A DNA stretch of 64,000 nt, from contig JANRKO010000082.1 of the NCBI GenBank assembly GCA_033763455.1, positions 1-64,000 of the forward strand, given 5' to 3'. Numbering within the stretch: position 1 is the stretch's first letter; every line of letters begins with the position of its first letter. This document shows, one piece after another, positions 36,757 to 46,668 of the stretch. The position numbers were made by a program, and so were the translations under genes. Below the pieces are notes generated by a model. That model did not search any database and was not told the DNA's origin. It saw nothing but the letters and a program-made list of their open reading frames with translations. This DNA comes from Polyangiaceae bacterium (GTDB lineage: Bacteria; Myxococcota_A; Polyangia; Polyangiales; Polyangiaceae).

Positions 36757-39738
36757 TCAGGGTCGCACTGAGCGCGAGCGACCACGCTCCAAAGCTTTTG
36801 GCTTGCCCGCCGTGGGCTTGGTTGCGAGAGTACTCTTGCTTTTAGGCGACGGCAGCTTTGCTTCGGCTGTTACCTTGGAATGCTTGGACGAGGTGCTGCT
36901 CTTGGGTGCTGCGTGTTCCGCCAGCAATGGCGCTAAGAATTTTCCGGTGTGCGAACGCGGATTCTTGGCGATGGCTTCTGGGGTTCCTTCGGCGATGAGC
37001 GTGCCGCCACTGGGGCCACCTTCGGGACCGAGGTCGATCACGTGATCGGCACACTTGATAACATCAAGGTTGTGCTCAATCACGATAACGGTGTTGCCTG
37101 CTTCTACGAGCTCTTGGAGTACGAGGAGTAGCTTGGCGGTATCTTCAAAATGGAGGCCGGTGGTGGGCTCATCAAGGATGTAGAGGGTGCGGCCTGTGGC
37201 TTTGCGGGCGAGCTCGCGCGAGAGCTTGATGCGCTGGGCTTCGCCGCCTGAAAGGGTGGGGGAGGGTTGGCCGAGGTGCAGGTAATCCACACCCACGGAT
37301 TCGAGGAGCTGTAGCGGTTCAGCGATGTGGCGATGGGCTGAGAAGAGCTCGCGTGCTTCGCGAATGGTGAGGCCCAGAACGTCCGCGATGGAGCGGCCTC
37401 GGTAGCGCACTTCTAGCGTGGCGTCGTTGAAGCGGCGGCCTTGGCATTCTTCGCACTTTACGAAAACGTCCGGAAGAAAATGCATTTCGATTTTGCGCAC
37501 GCCATCGCCCTCGCAGGCTTCGCAGCGGCCTCCGGGAACGTTGAACGAGAAGCGCCCGGGCGAATAGCCGCGCACTTTGGCGTCCGGCACCTCGGCGAAT
37601 AGCTTTCGGATTTCGTCGAATACTTTGACATACGTGGCCGGGTTGCTGCGCGGCGTGCGGCCGATCGGATGTTGATCGATGTTTACGACTTTATCGAGTT
37701 GGTCGATACCGTCGATACCCGCGTGTGCGCCCACTTTCTCTTCGGCTTGGTTGAGCTTGTTGGCGAGCACTGGATGCAAAATGGAGCCAATGAGTGAAGA
37801 TTTGCCGGCTCCCGATACACCTGTGATGACGGTTAAGGTGCCAAGCGGAAACGCAACGTCGAGGTTCTTGAGGTTGTTTTCGCTGGCTCCGCGCACGGTG
37901 AGCCAACCACTCGCGGTCCGTCTTTCGGTTGGAACTTCAATGCGTTTTCTGCCTGAAAGATAGGCACCTGTGAGCGAGGCTTCGCAGCGCCCCAGCGACT
38001 CCGGTGTACCTGCATGCACCACTCGCCCACCCAGGGTGCCAGCGCCTGGCCCAAAGTCGATCACGTAGTCGGCACGGCGAATGGTGTCTTCATCGTGTTC
38101 TACAACCACGACAGTGTTGCCGATGTCGCGCATGTTCGTGAGTGTGTCGAGTAACTTGCCGTTATCTCGCTGATGTAATCCAATGCTCGGCTCATCCAGC
38201 ACGTAAATCACACCCGTGAGCTCGGAGCCCACTTGGCTGGCTAGGCGAATGCGCTGGGATTCTCCCCCGGAAAGTGTGGGCCCGGCGCGGTCCAAGGACA
38301 GATAGCCGAGCCCCACAGCCACCAAGAATCTCAAACGATTCCTGACTTCCTTGAGTACCTCTGTGGCGATCTCCTGATCGGTTTTGGAGAGGGAAATCGT
38401 AGTGAAAAACTCTGCCGCGCGCTCAACCGTCATGCCGGCAACATCTACGAGCGTCTTATCGGCCACCGTGACCGCAGCGCTTTCCCGCTTCAGGCGTTTA
38501 CCTTCACAGGTGGCGCACACGCGATCGGCCAAGTATTTCTGTAACCATTCTTTCTTTTTCTCGCTGCCCGGTTGCCGAAAGCCCTTCAAAAGGCGCTCCA
38601 GTAAGCCGTCCCATTTGGTATCGAAGGTGCCGCGCCCGCTCCCGCCTTTCCAGGTAACGCGAAAGCTTCGCTCCCCTGTCCCCTCTAATATCATGCGTTT
38701 TTGCGCAGCAGGCAGCTTCTTCCAGGGCACCTTGGTGCTGATGCCGAGCTGCTTCAAGATCTGCCCGCGAAAGCCGTGGCTCCAACCGATCTTCTTGGAA
38801 ACATCCGTACCCCAAGGATCGATCGCACCTTCATCGATAGTTAACGCTGGATCTTTGATCAGTCGCTCCGGATCGATTTGCATGCGGGTGCCAAGCCCGT
38901 TGCAATCGAGGCACATGCCTTGAGGGCTGTTGAAAGAAAATGCCTGGGGCGAAAGCTCCGGGAAAGAGATGCCGCAGTGGGCGCAGGCGCGGCTCTGGCT
39001 GTAGGGGCGATCCCCATGGGCTTCGGTGTGGGCGATGAGGTTGCCACTGCCTTCACGGAGAGCGAGCTCTACCGATTCGGTGAGTTGGGGGAGCAACTCC
39101 GGGCGTAACACGAGCCGATCGATCACGGCTTCCACCGTGTGCTTCTTCCGTTTATCGAGGGCTTCGAGCCCAGCCGTTTCAACGATGGTGCCGTCCACGC
39201 GGAGGCGCACAAAGCCGCGCTGCCGTGCTTTTTCGAGTAATTCACGGTGTTCGCCTTTGCGGTTCACGAGCAGGCTGGCTAGCAAGATCAAACGGGTGCC
39301 GTTCGGGAGCGCGGCAAGATCTTGAGCAATCTGTTGGGGCGTTTGGCCTGCTACTTTGCGACCACACTGGTGGCAATGCTGCACGCCAATGCGCGCGTAG
39401 AGTACACGCAGGTAATCTGAGATTTCAGTGATGGTGCCCACCGTGGAGCGGGGGTTGCTGCCTGTGGTCTTCTGCTCAATCGAAATCGTCGGAGAAAGCC
39501 CGCGCATGGCGTCGAACTTTGGCTTCTCCATGCGACCGAGAAACTGACGAGCATAGGCCGAAAGGGATTCGACGTAGCGGCGCTGACCTTCGGCGTAGAG
39601 TGTGTCGAAGGCAAGCGAAGACTTCCCCGAGCCAGAAACTCCGGTTAGCACCACCAGCTTCTTCTTGGGGATGCTGATATCTACCGACTTGAGGTTGTGC
39701 TCTCGGGCGCCCCGGATTTCGATGTGGTCGAGCTCCAT
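36757..39738 (-). CDS. uvrA: Excinuclease ABC subunit A
   Basis: GAREHNLK, GVSGSGKSSLAFDTLYAEGQRRY, zinc fingers, LSGGESQRIRLA, second GVSGAGKS and LSGGEAQRIKL; basic C-terminal tail. Confidence 0.97.
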   Translation of the reverse strand: MELDHIEIRGAREHNLKSVDISIPKKKLVVLTGVSGSGKSSLAFDTLYAEGQRRYVESLSAYARQFLGRMEKPKFDAMRGLSPTISIEQKTTGSNPRSTVGTITEISDYLRVLYARIGVQHCHQCGRKVAGQTPQQIAQDLAALPNGTRLILLASLLVNRKGEHRELLEKARQRGFVRLRVDGTIVETAGLEALDKRKKHTVEAVIDRLVLRPELLPQLTESVELALREGSGNLIAHTEAHGDRPYSQSRACAHCGISFPELSPQAFSFNSPQGMCLDCNGLGTRMQIDPERLIKDPALTIDEGAIDPWGTDVSKKIGWSHGFRGQILKQLGISTKVPWKKLPAAQKRMILEGTGERSFRVTWKGGSGRGTFDTKWDGLLERLLKGFRQPGSEKKKEWLQKYLADRVCATCEGKRLKRESAAVTVADKTLVDVAGMTVERAAEFFTTISLSKTDQEIATEVLKEVRNRLRFLVAVGLGYLSLDRAGPTLSGGESQRIRLASQVGSELTGVIYVLDEPSIGLHQRDNGKLLDTLTNMRDIGNTVVVVEHDEDTIRRADYVIDFGPGAGTLGGRVVHAGTPESLGRCEASLTGAYLSGRKRIEVPTERRTASGWLTVRGASENNLKNLDVAFPLGTLTVITGVSGAGKSSLIGSILHPVLANKLNQAEEKVGAHAGIDGIDQLDKVVNIDQHPIGRTPRSNPATYVKVFDEIRKLFAEVPDAKVRGYSPGRFSFNVPGGRCEACEGDGVRKIEMHFLPDVFVKCEECQGRRFNDATLEVRYRGRSIADVLGLTIREARELFSAHRHIAEPLQLLESVGVDYLHLGQPSPTLSGGEAQRIKLSRELARKATGRTLYILDEPTTGLHFEDTAKLLLVLQELVEAGNTVIVIEHNLDVIKCADHVIDLGPEGGPSGGTLIAEGTPEAIAKNPRSHTGKFLAPLLAEHAAPKSSTSSKHSKVTAEAKLPSPKSKSTLATKPTAGKPKALERGRSRSVRP

Positions 39739-39795
39739 GCGGCGCACGCTACACCTGAGCCTCAAAACGGGCCAGGCGTAGCCGCAAATCCGCGA

Positions 39796-40923
39796 TTACT
39801 GGGGGAGCTTCGGCTCTTCTAGCTTGCCTTCGCAATCCAGGGATTTCAGAAACGCCACCAGCGACCCGAGCTCGCTCGCTGAAAGCTGGCGATCGGTGAG
39901 AAGGGGCGATTTGTTCTTGTTTGCTGCCCCGCCCGTAGCCATGAATTTTACGGCTTCTTCCAACGTGGCCACCGAGCCATTGTGGAAGTACGGTGCACTG
40001 CGGCTGATGTTGCGCAAAGTAGGCACCTTGAAGGCAGCCCAATCAGCGGGGTTTTCGCTCACCTTGGAGCGACCGATGTCAACCTTCTCTTCCGGGATGC
40101 CTTGAGTGCCCATTCCGGTGTTGAAATAGGTGCCGCTCGCAACGGTGTACGCACTCGAAAAGAACGGCGGCGCGTGACACATTACGCAACCGGCTTTGCC
40201 CATGAATAGGCCGAGACCTTCTTTCTGCTCGGCTGACAGTGCTTGGGCTTCGCCTTTCGCGAAACGATCATACGCGGTGTTGTTGCACACAAGCGTGCGC
40301 TCGTAGGCGGAGATAGCTTGGGCCACTGTGTCCACCGTCAGGCCTTCTTTCGGGAAAACTTTGGCGAAGGCCTGTTTGTAGCCCTTAATCTTGGAAAGCT
40401 CCTTGGCTTTCTTCTCAAGATTATCCTTGCCAACGCCTAGGTTCCCTCCTGCCCAGGCGCCTTTCATCTGCGCTTCCAAGGAATCTGCGCGCCCATCCCA
40501 ATAAAAGCGCGGAAGGTAGCCCACGTTCCACATCACGGGGCTGTGGCGGGTGAGCACTTTTGACTCAGGACCAATTGCCAATGGCTCGTGCCCGCCCGTG
40601 CCGTCTTCGTTCTGGTGGCATGTGTAACAAGCTCGCGTTCCATCCGAGCTCAATCGCTTGTCGAAAAATAGCTGATGCCCGAGCGCGATTTTCTCAGGGG
40701 TTTGAGGGTTGGTCGCGGGGATCTTCATTTCTCCGAGATCAGAAATGAGCGTTTTCGGGTCGATCTCCGCGGGCTTCGCACTCGCCGTGACGGCCGCTGT
40801 TGCTGCAGGGGCAGAAGGCTCCTGCTTTGGCGGCTCCTTGCGCGCGCAACCGAGAAAGGCTAGCGCTGCCAACAAACTGAAGCCAACCCGACCAGCCGCG
40901 AACGGCTTTTCTGTTTCCACCAT
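39796..40923 (-). CDS. Di-heme cytochrome c peroxidase/MauG family lipoprotein
   Basis: Lipobox FLGC; LGHQLFFDKRLS, CYTCH, WDGRA, CVMCH, FKVPTLRNI, APYFHNG. Confidence 0.9.
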   Translation of the reverse strand: MVETEKPFAAGRVGFSLLAALAFLGCARKEPPKQEPSAPAATAAVTASAKPAEIDPKTLISDLGEMKIPATNPQTPEKIALGHQLFFDKRLSSDGTRACYTCHQNEDGTGGHEPLAIGPESKVLTRHSPVMWNVGYLPRFYWDGRADSLEAQMKGAWAGGNLGVGKDNLEKKAKELSKIKGYKQAFAKVFPKEGLTVDTVAQAISAYERTLVCNNTAYDRFAKGEAQALSAEQKEGLGLFMGKAGCVMCHAPPFFSSAYTVASGTYFNTGMGTQGIPEEKVDIGRSKVSENPADWAAFKVPTLRNISRSAPYFHNGSVATLEEAVKFMATGGAANKNKSPLLTDRQLSASELGSLVAFLKSLDCEGKLEEPKLPQ

Positions 40924-41013
40924 GGCCGCCTTTTACTCTCTCAGCTCTGTGGACTCAAGTTTGCGTGAGGGCTTCGCTCCTCTGCGGGTTGTTTGCATGG
41001 CTTCCGGAACGGG

Positions 41014-41562
41014 TTACGGCCAACGTTTGAGCCACACCAAGATTGCCCCACGCCCACCGAGCTCAATGGGTGCGGAAGCAAACGCCAATACCAAATGAGC
41101 GTAGCGCAGGCTCAGCGCCTCAATCGTGGCATCCCGCAACACTGGGCCACGCTCACCTGAGTGCAGCCCACGCCCACAGACGATAAGCAGGCAGCGTGCG
41201 CTTCTCTTCTCGGCTTCTTGGAATAGGTGATCCAACGCCTGCTCGGCTTGCGCCCGCGTCTTACCGTGCAAATCGAGACGCACGCTGGGACGGAGCCCTC
41301 CCTCTTTCAAACGGCGAGCATGCTGGCGATCGCCGCCATTCTGAAATCCAACCACCGTTTCACCGTCGTCCTCGACGGTGAACTCGTGAGTAGCTCCGCT
41401 GCTCACGTTGGGCGATGGGGTGCTCTTGGGTGCAATGCGCCGTAGCTCGGCTGGGCTTGGCCGCGAAGGGGGCACGCGCTGTGGGCGATTCGCTAGGGGC
41501 TTCACACCGCCCAGGGCCATTTTCAGCCAATCCTGATCTGGGGGAGCCTTCTTGGATGCCAT
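41014..41562 (-). CDS. Stand-alone Smr domain protein
   Basis: LDLHGKT, LLIVCGRGLHS, GPVLR, LAFASAP, GGRGAILV. Confidence 0.9.
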   Translation of the reverse strand: MASKKAPPDQDWLKMALGGVKPLANRPQRVPPSRPSPAELRRIAPKSTPSPNVSSGATHEFTVEDDGETVVGFQNGGDRQHARRLKEGGLRPSVRLDLHGKTRAQAEQALDHLFQEAEKRSARCLLIVCGRGLHSGERGPVLRDATIEALSLRYAHLVLAFASAPIELGGRGAILVWLKRWP

Positions 41563-41746
41563 GCGCGAGCGTGCGCACACTATGCAACATAGGGTGCCGG
41601 GTGTCATGCGGCCTCGTGCAGCGCAGAGTGAATCCTTTTGAAACTTTTCCGAAGCGAAGCTGTCCGTACCTGAACAGAACAGCCAATTGGGTGCGTGCCA
41701 ACTTAGCGCGGGCTCAGCGGGCGAATGGCTTGAAAGGGAGACCAAT

Positions 41747-43228
41747 ATGTCAGAGCTGGTGCGTCGCGCTGCGACGGATATGCGGGATGATGTCGATCAG
41801 AGCGTTGCGGTGTCGCTTCAAATCATCGTGAATTGGGGCGCCTCCACACTGGAAGTTACTGAGCTATGTCCGCCGGAAAAGTTCGTTGTGGGGCCTGCAG
41901 AAGGGGAAGGTTGGGAGGGGTTTTCGCCGCCGGAAGGGGCTTTCCGGGGGGCGCCGTTTGAGCTCGTTCAAGTGGAAGATAACCAGGTGTGGTTGGTGGT
42001 GCCCAATGAGGCCAGAGCCACCGTGCGGTGGGCGGCAAGGGGCCAGCTTTACTCCGAAGAGTTACTGCCTGTGCCTGGGCTTTTGTCGGAATCAACACCG
42101 GCTGATGGGCGCGGCGCCCGCCGAGTGCTATTGCCAATGAATGGGCGCGCTTCGGTTCACGTCGGCGGGTTTTCTTTTTTTGTGCACCTGGGTGAGCGCG
42201 TAAAGTTGCCCGTGGGTGCTGTGGCGGGTTGGGTGGAGCGAGACGTGGCGGGTTACTTTGCCGCCTCCGCCGGGTTGGCTGCGGGTTTTTTGGGGCTCGC
42301 TGCGTTTTTTATGCCGCCACTTGGCCTTACGGACGGCGAAGGCACGGAGCAAGAACAGGTAATGCTGATGCAGCAGTATCTGCAAAGCCAAGCAGAGCGT
42401 GAGCGCTTGCAGGAGCCGAACGCGGGGAGCAGTTCTGGGGCAGCTTCAGAGGCAGCATCGGAGGCGGCTCCAGGTGAAGCGGGCAAGGCTGGCACGCTCA
42501 GTGCGCACTCACCAGTTACGCGCTTGACCCGTAAACGCGACGACAGCGCTCAACCTTCGCCGGCGATGTCACGGGCCGAAGCCATCGAAGAAGCAAGAAC
42601 GTTCGGCACCATTTCGATCCTCACAGGTTCTGCTTTCAGCCACGTTTCGCCTGAGTTTGCGCGAAACTCGGCGCTTGGGGAGGCCGATGCGGACAAGCTC
42701 GGCAGCATGTTTGGAGCGACTTTGGGGGAACAAGCTGGCTCAGGGATGGGAACTTCTGGCATCGGGGAGTCTGGCGGTTGGGGGCGCGGCGTGGATATGG
42801 GCGACATTCGTATCGGAGATGGTGTGCCGCGAGGGGCCCGGGACCCGGGTCGGTTCATCGGCATTGGAGATGGTCCTTCAGGAGGTCACAAGGTCAGAGT
42901 TCCGCGCATGCGACCAGAGGGAAGCACGATTGTGACTGGCCGCCTCCCGCCCGAGGTCATCCAACGCACCGTGCGCCAAAATTTCGGTCGTTTGCGCATG
43001 TGTTACGAGCGCGGGCTCACGCGGAATCCCAATCTTGCGGGGCGCGTGGCGGTGCGTTTCGCGATCGATGCCCAGGGGAGCGTTATACATGCGAGCGCGG
43101 GCGAATCTTCCTTGCCGGACAGCGAAGTGGCCTCTTGTGTGGTTTCGGCGTTCTACGGGCTGAGCTTTCCTGCACGAGAGCAGGGCATTGTGAAGGTTGT
43201 GTACCCCATCGCGTTTTCCCCCGAATAG
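41747..43228 (+). CDS. AgmX/PglI (GltG/GltJ-like) TonB-C domain membrane protein
   Basis: N-terminal beta-rich domain, TM helix, Gly-rich linker, GRLPPEVIQRTVRQNFGRLRMCYERGL...VVYPIAFSP. Confidence 0.85.
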   Translation: MSELVRRAATDMRDDVDQSVAVSLQIIVNWGASTLEVTELCPPEKFVVGPAEGEGWEGFSPPEGAFRGAPFELVQVEDNQVWLVVPNEARATVRWAARGQLYSEELLPVPGLLSESTPADGRGARRVLLPMNGRASVHVGGFSFFVHLGERVKLPVGAVAGWVERDVAGYFAASAGLAAGFLGLAAFFMPPLGLTDGEGTEQEQVMLMQQYLQSQAERERLQEPNAGSSSGAASEAASEAAPGEAGKAGTLSAHSPVTRLTRKRDDSAQPSPAMSRAEAIEEARTFGTISILTGSAFSHVSPEFARNSALGEADADKLGSMFGATLGEQAGSGMGTSGIGESGGWGRGVDMGDIRIGDGVPRGARDPGRFIGIGDGPSGGHKVRVPRMRPEGSTIVTGRLPPEVIQRTVRQNFGRLRMCYERGLTRNPNLAGRVAVRFAIDAQGSVIHASAGESSLPDSEVASCVVSAFYGLSFPAREQGIVKVVYPIAFSPE

Positions 43229-43299
43229 CCACCAAGAACCCTGGAAACCCTGTGTCGAAGGGGGGCGAACCACTTCGCTATTTGAGGAGCACCCAAGCC

Positions 43300-45351
43300 A
43301 TGAAGCCACTTACCGGATCGTTTCTTCGTTCTTCTACCCTGCCCTATGCACGCATTTTGGGCGTGCTGGGGTCGGTGTTGGTAGCCACCTCGGCCTGCCA
43401 CCATACGCCCGTTCCTGAAACCTATGGCGGCAAAACGAAGGAGGTGGGTGCCGCCCAACAAAATAAACGCTCGAATGTTGCGAGTGCTGCGAATGCTACC
43501 AGTGCTACGAACGGTGAGAACAGTGCAAATGCCCCCCGCGACCGCGCACCTGAGACACCAGGGGCGAGCGGCCCTGTTTCCAACAAAGACTCGGAAAAAA
43601 CCAAAGGAACGGAAACCACGGAGCTCGACGCGAACAAGGGATCGGCGGCACTTGCTCCACCAATACAGCCGAGCAAGCCTACTCCGATTGCGGCCGCCAC
43701 TGCAGCACCAGCCAACGAATTGCAAGACGAGCTCAAGTCAGAGGAGTCCTCCGTAGGTGTGGCCTATGGAGCCGCAGGGCTTGGCCTTTCGGGTGTGGGC
43801 CAGGGTGGTGGCGGTCGGGTCATGGCCGCAAGGAAGATGGCATCGGTTGGGCATGGTCGTTTGCGTGGAGTGGCTCGGGCCTACAGCGTTGCGCCTGAAC
43901 CTGAATTCAATACCGAAGGCTATGCGCATGTTCCTGATTCGAAATTCCTTTCGGTGCGCGATCAACCGCTTTCAACGTTCGCAGCGGATGTGGACACGGC
44001 GTCGTACTCCAACGTGCGTCGCTTCCTAAATTCAGGGAGTTTGCCGCCGAAAGACGCCGTGCGTGCCGAAGAGCTGCTCAACTATTTCAGCTACGCGTAT
44101 CCGGCGCCCGAAGCCGGGCAACCTTTCTCCGTGCACACCGAAGTGGCCAGTGCGCCCTGGAGCCCCAAGCACAGGCTGGTGCAGGTGGGCATCAAGACAC
44201 CGGAGTTAAAGGGCGCCGGGGTACCGAAAGATCTCGTGTTTCTCATAGACGTGTCGGGCTCCATGGAGTCCCCGGATAAGCTGCCACTCTTGAAACGTGG
44301 CATGGAGTTACTGGTGGATACGCTCTCCGCTCAAGATAGGGTAGCCATAGTGGTCTATGCTGGTAGCTCGGGCGTGGTATTGCCGCCGACTTCGGGCGCT
44401 TCCAAAGATGTGATTCGAACGGCATTGTCGCAGCTCGAAGCAGGTGGCTCTACCAACGGTGGCGAAGGGATAGAGCTAGCGTACAAGTTGGCACAGCAGA
44501 ATTTTATCAAGGGGGGCATCAATCGGGTGATCTTGGCCACCGATGGGGACTTCAACGTGGGCACAACGAGCGAAGGTGCGCTCACGCGGTTGATTGAAGA
44601 AAAGCGCAAAAGTGGTGTGTTTTTGACGGTATTGGGCTTTGGTCAGGGGAACGTGAAAGATAGCACTATGGAGATGTTGGCCGACAAAGGCAACGGCAAC
44701 TACGCGTACATCGATGACCTCGAAGAGGCCCGCAAAGTGCTGGTGCGGGAGGCCGGGGCTACGTTAACTACGGTAGCAAAGGATGTGAAATTTCAAGTTG
44801 AGTTTAACCCTGCGCGCGTCGCTGCCTATCGGTTGATTGGTTACGAAAATCGCAGGCTCACGGCGGAAGAGTTCAACGACGACAAGAAAGATGCTGGAGA
44901 TATGGGTGCGGGGCACAGCGTAACGGCGCTGTACGAGGTGATTCCAGTGGGTGAAGCGGCCCCAGGCCCCAAGGTGGATCCCTTGAAGTACCAAGCTCCC
45001 ACGGCTCCCGTTGCGTCCTCCGCTAGCGCAGAGCTGCTAACGCTCAAGATCCGGTATAAGAAGCCCGACGGGCAGAAGAGCGAGAAGCTTACGGTAACAA
45101 CGCTGGATTCTGGCGCATCTTTTGAGCAAGCCTCCGCTGATTTTCGCTTTAGCTCTGGAGTGGCGGCTTTTGCTATGGTTTTGGGAGATTCTCAGTCACG
45201 AGGCTCGGCTACCTTGGCCATGGCGGAGGGCTTGGCGAAAGGCGCTCTTGGAGCTGACGTCCACCGAGATCGACGGAATTTTCTCGGTATGATCCAGAAG
45301 GCCAGAGTGCTGGCTAAGTCGAGCACAGCGCAGGTTCTCCGCACGGAGTGA
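43300..45351 (+). CDS. YfbK-like VWA/DUF3520 lipoprotein
   Basis: GAGGAG RBS, lipobox TSAC; STFAADVDTASY, MIDAS DVSGS, ATDGDFNVG, YRLIGYENR, DAGDMGAGHSVTALYE. Confidence 0.9.
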   Translation: MKPLTGSFLRSSTLPYARILGVLGSVLVATSACHHTPVPETYGGKTKEVGAAQQNKRSNVASAANATSATNGENSANAPRDRAPETPGASGPVSNKDSEKTKGTETTELDANKGSAALAPPIQPSKPTPIAAATAAPANELQDELKSEESSVGVAYGAAGLGLSGVGQGGGGRVMAARKMASVGHGRLRGVARAYSVAPEPEFNTEGYAHVPDSKFLSVRDQPLSTFAADVDTASYSNVRRFLNSGSLPPKDAVRAEELLNYFSYAYPAPEAGQPFSVHTEVASAPWSPKHRLVQVGIKTPELKGAGVPKDLVFLIDVSGSMESPDKLPLLKRGMELLVDTLSAQDRVAIVVYAGSSGVVLPPTSGASKDVIRTALSQLEAGGSTNGGEGIELAYKLAQQNFIKGGINRVILATDGDFNVGTTSEGALTRLIEEKRKSGVFLTVLGFGQGNVKDSTMEMLADKGNGNYAYIDDLEEARKVLVREAGATLTTVAKDVKFQVEFNPARVAAYRLIGYENRRLTAEEFNDDKKDAGDMGAGHSVTALYEVIPVGEAAPGPKVDPLKYQAPTAPVASSASAELLTLKIRYKKPDGQKSEKLTVTTLDSGASFEQASADFRFSSGVAAFAMVLGDSQSRGSATLAMAEGLAKGALGADVHRDRRNFLGMIQKARVLAKSSTAQVLRTE

Positions 45352-45376
45352 GCCCGGCGAGAGACAAAAAGTAGAG

Positions 45377-46660
45377 CTACTTGCAGAGCCAGGTGGGTGG
45401 GATGGATTCAGACACAAGATCGGCCACGCTGAAGGAGGTGAAGCCTTGTTCCCGGGCCACCTCCTCGGCAAATGCTGAGTGCCCGAAGCTGCGAGCGATA
45501 ACGTACGCCTTGGGAAGCTTGGCCGTGATCCAGAGGGCAGTATGCAGGTTCGCACCATCATCACTGGAGCTGAGGAGAATGAGGGGAGCCTGGCCAGCAG
45601 ATGCTAAAAGCTCACTCCAAACTTCAGGATCCCTGAGGTCGCCGTTGATAACTACGTGGCTGTACTTGTCGGAGAAGCCCACCTCTGCGTCGAACGTCAT
45701 GGCGTGGCGTTTGGCGGTAAGGTCAACGATGATCACGCGGTCGAATTCGCCCGGCATGGTCTTCTGGAGCTCATCCAGGACCGTCTGCCCAAAGCGTCCA
45801 AATCCAGCCAAAACGACCGTGTCGTAGTGCTCGGTGCGCTGAAAATGTCGGAGTACGTCGGTGTGCACAAGGTGAGAGGCTGCGAGCTGATGGGTATTGA
45901 AAACCTCGCACTCTTGGCCCACACGGGTTCTTGCGACAGCGCGCATGAAGGCGAGGTCGCTCACATGGAGCAGGATTTTCCGGCCCAGCTTTGGGTAAAG
46001 GTGAATGATTTTGGAGGCCGCGTTGAGGTTCGTAAAGTCATCACCGGTGAGAAGCAAGATGCGCTCGGCATGTTCAAGATTGAGTGTGGTGAGCAAAGCA
46101 TCTGTCGCGATATTGCCCACCACGACTCGGGCGCCAAATGCTTCAGCGAAAAGGTCGAAGTTAGGGTGATCGGCTTTTAGCTCCACCACCACCACGGGCA
46201 GCTCGACACCTTCGGCGCGCAGGCGCTTCAGGTAAACCATCGAAAGCTCGCCGGTCCCCGCGATCACAATGTGCCCTTCAAGACGCTTCAGGCTCCAGGC
46301 ATTCGGATCCACGAGCCTGATAATCCCTTCGATGACGGCACCCGCGGTGATTGCCGGCGCGGCAAAGTAGGCGAACCACAGTAGCGCTTGCGCCCACTTG
46401 GGGCCGCCATTTGGCACACCGAGATCCATCCCACCCAAAACAAACAAACCGATGGTGTAATAGACTTTGGCCACCAACGGCGTGCTCTGACCGAGGTAAG
46501 GGCGGTCGCTCACGGTAGCGCCTGCCGTGAACGCCAGTAAGCCGGCAGCGAACACCAACGCAAGCACGAGTGCGCGCCACCAGAAGCGACGCCACGCCTT
46601 TTTCGTGGTGCGCGCTGACACCAACTGAGTCGGCATGAGGGTGCGGCGCACAGGAGCCAT
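45377..46660 (-). CDS. 2-TM channel-like protein with two TrkA-N (RCK/NAD-binding) domains
   Basis: TM-pore-TM layout; HIVIAGTGELS and VVLAGFGRFG Rossmann motifs. Confidence 0.7.
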   Translation of the reverse strand: MAPVRRTLMPTQLVSARTTKKAWRRFWWRALVLALVFAAGLLAFTAGATVSDRPYLGQSTPLVAKVYYTIGLFVLGGMDLGVPNGGPKWAQALLWFAYFAAPAITAGAVIEGIIRLVDPNAWSLKRLEGHIVIAGTGELSMVYLKRLRAEGVELPVVVVELKADHPNFDLFAEAFGARVVVGNIATDALLTTLNLEHAERILLLTGDDFTNLNAASKIIHLYPKLGRKILLHVSDLAFMRAVARTRVGQECEVFNTHQLAASHLVHTDVLRHFQRTEHYDTVVLAGFGRFGQTVLDELQKTMPGEFDRVIIVDLTAKRHAMTFDAEVGFSDKYSHVVINGDLRDPEVWSELLASAGQAPLILLSSSDDGANLHTALWITAKLPKAYVIARSFGHSAFAEEVAREQGFTSFSVADLVSESIPPTWLCK

Positions 46661-46668
46661 CTGGGTAG

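Noticed and set aside
42778..43299. 857-aa ORF extension upstream of the VWA gene
   Set aside because: It overlaps the AgmX-like CDS in another frame; the RBS and lipoprotein signal support a start at 43300.
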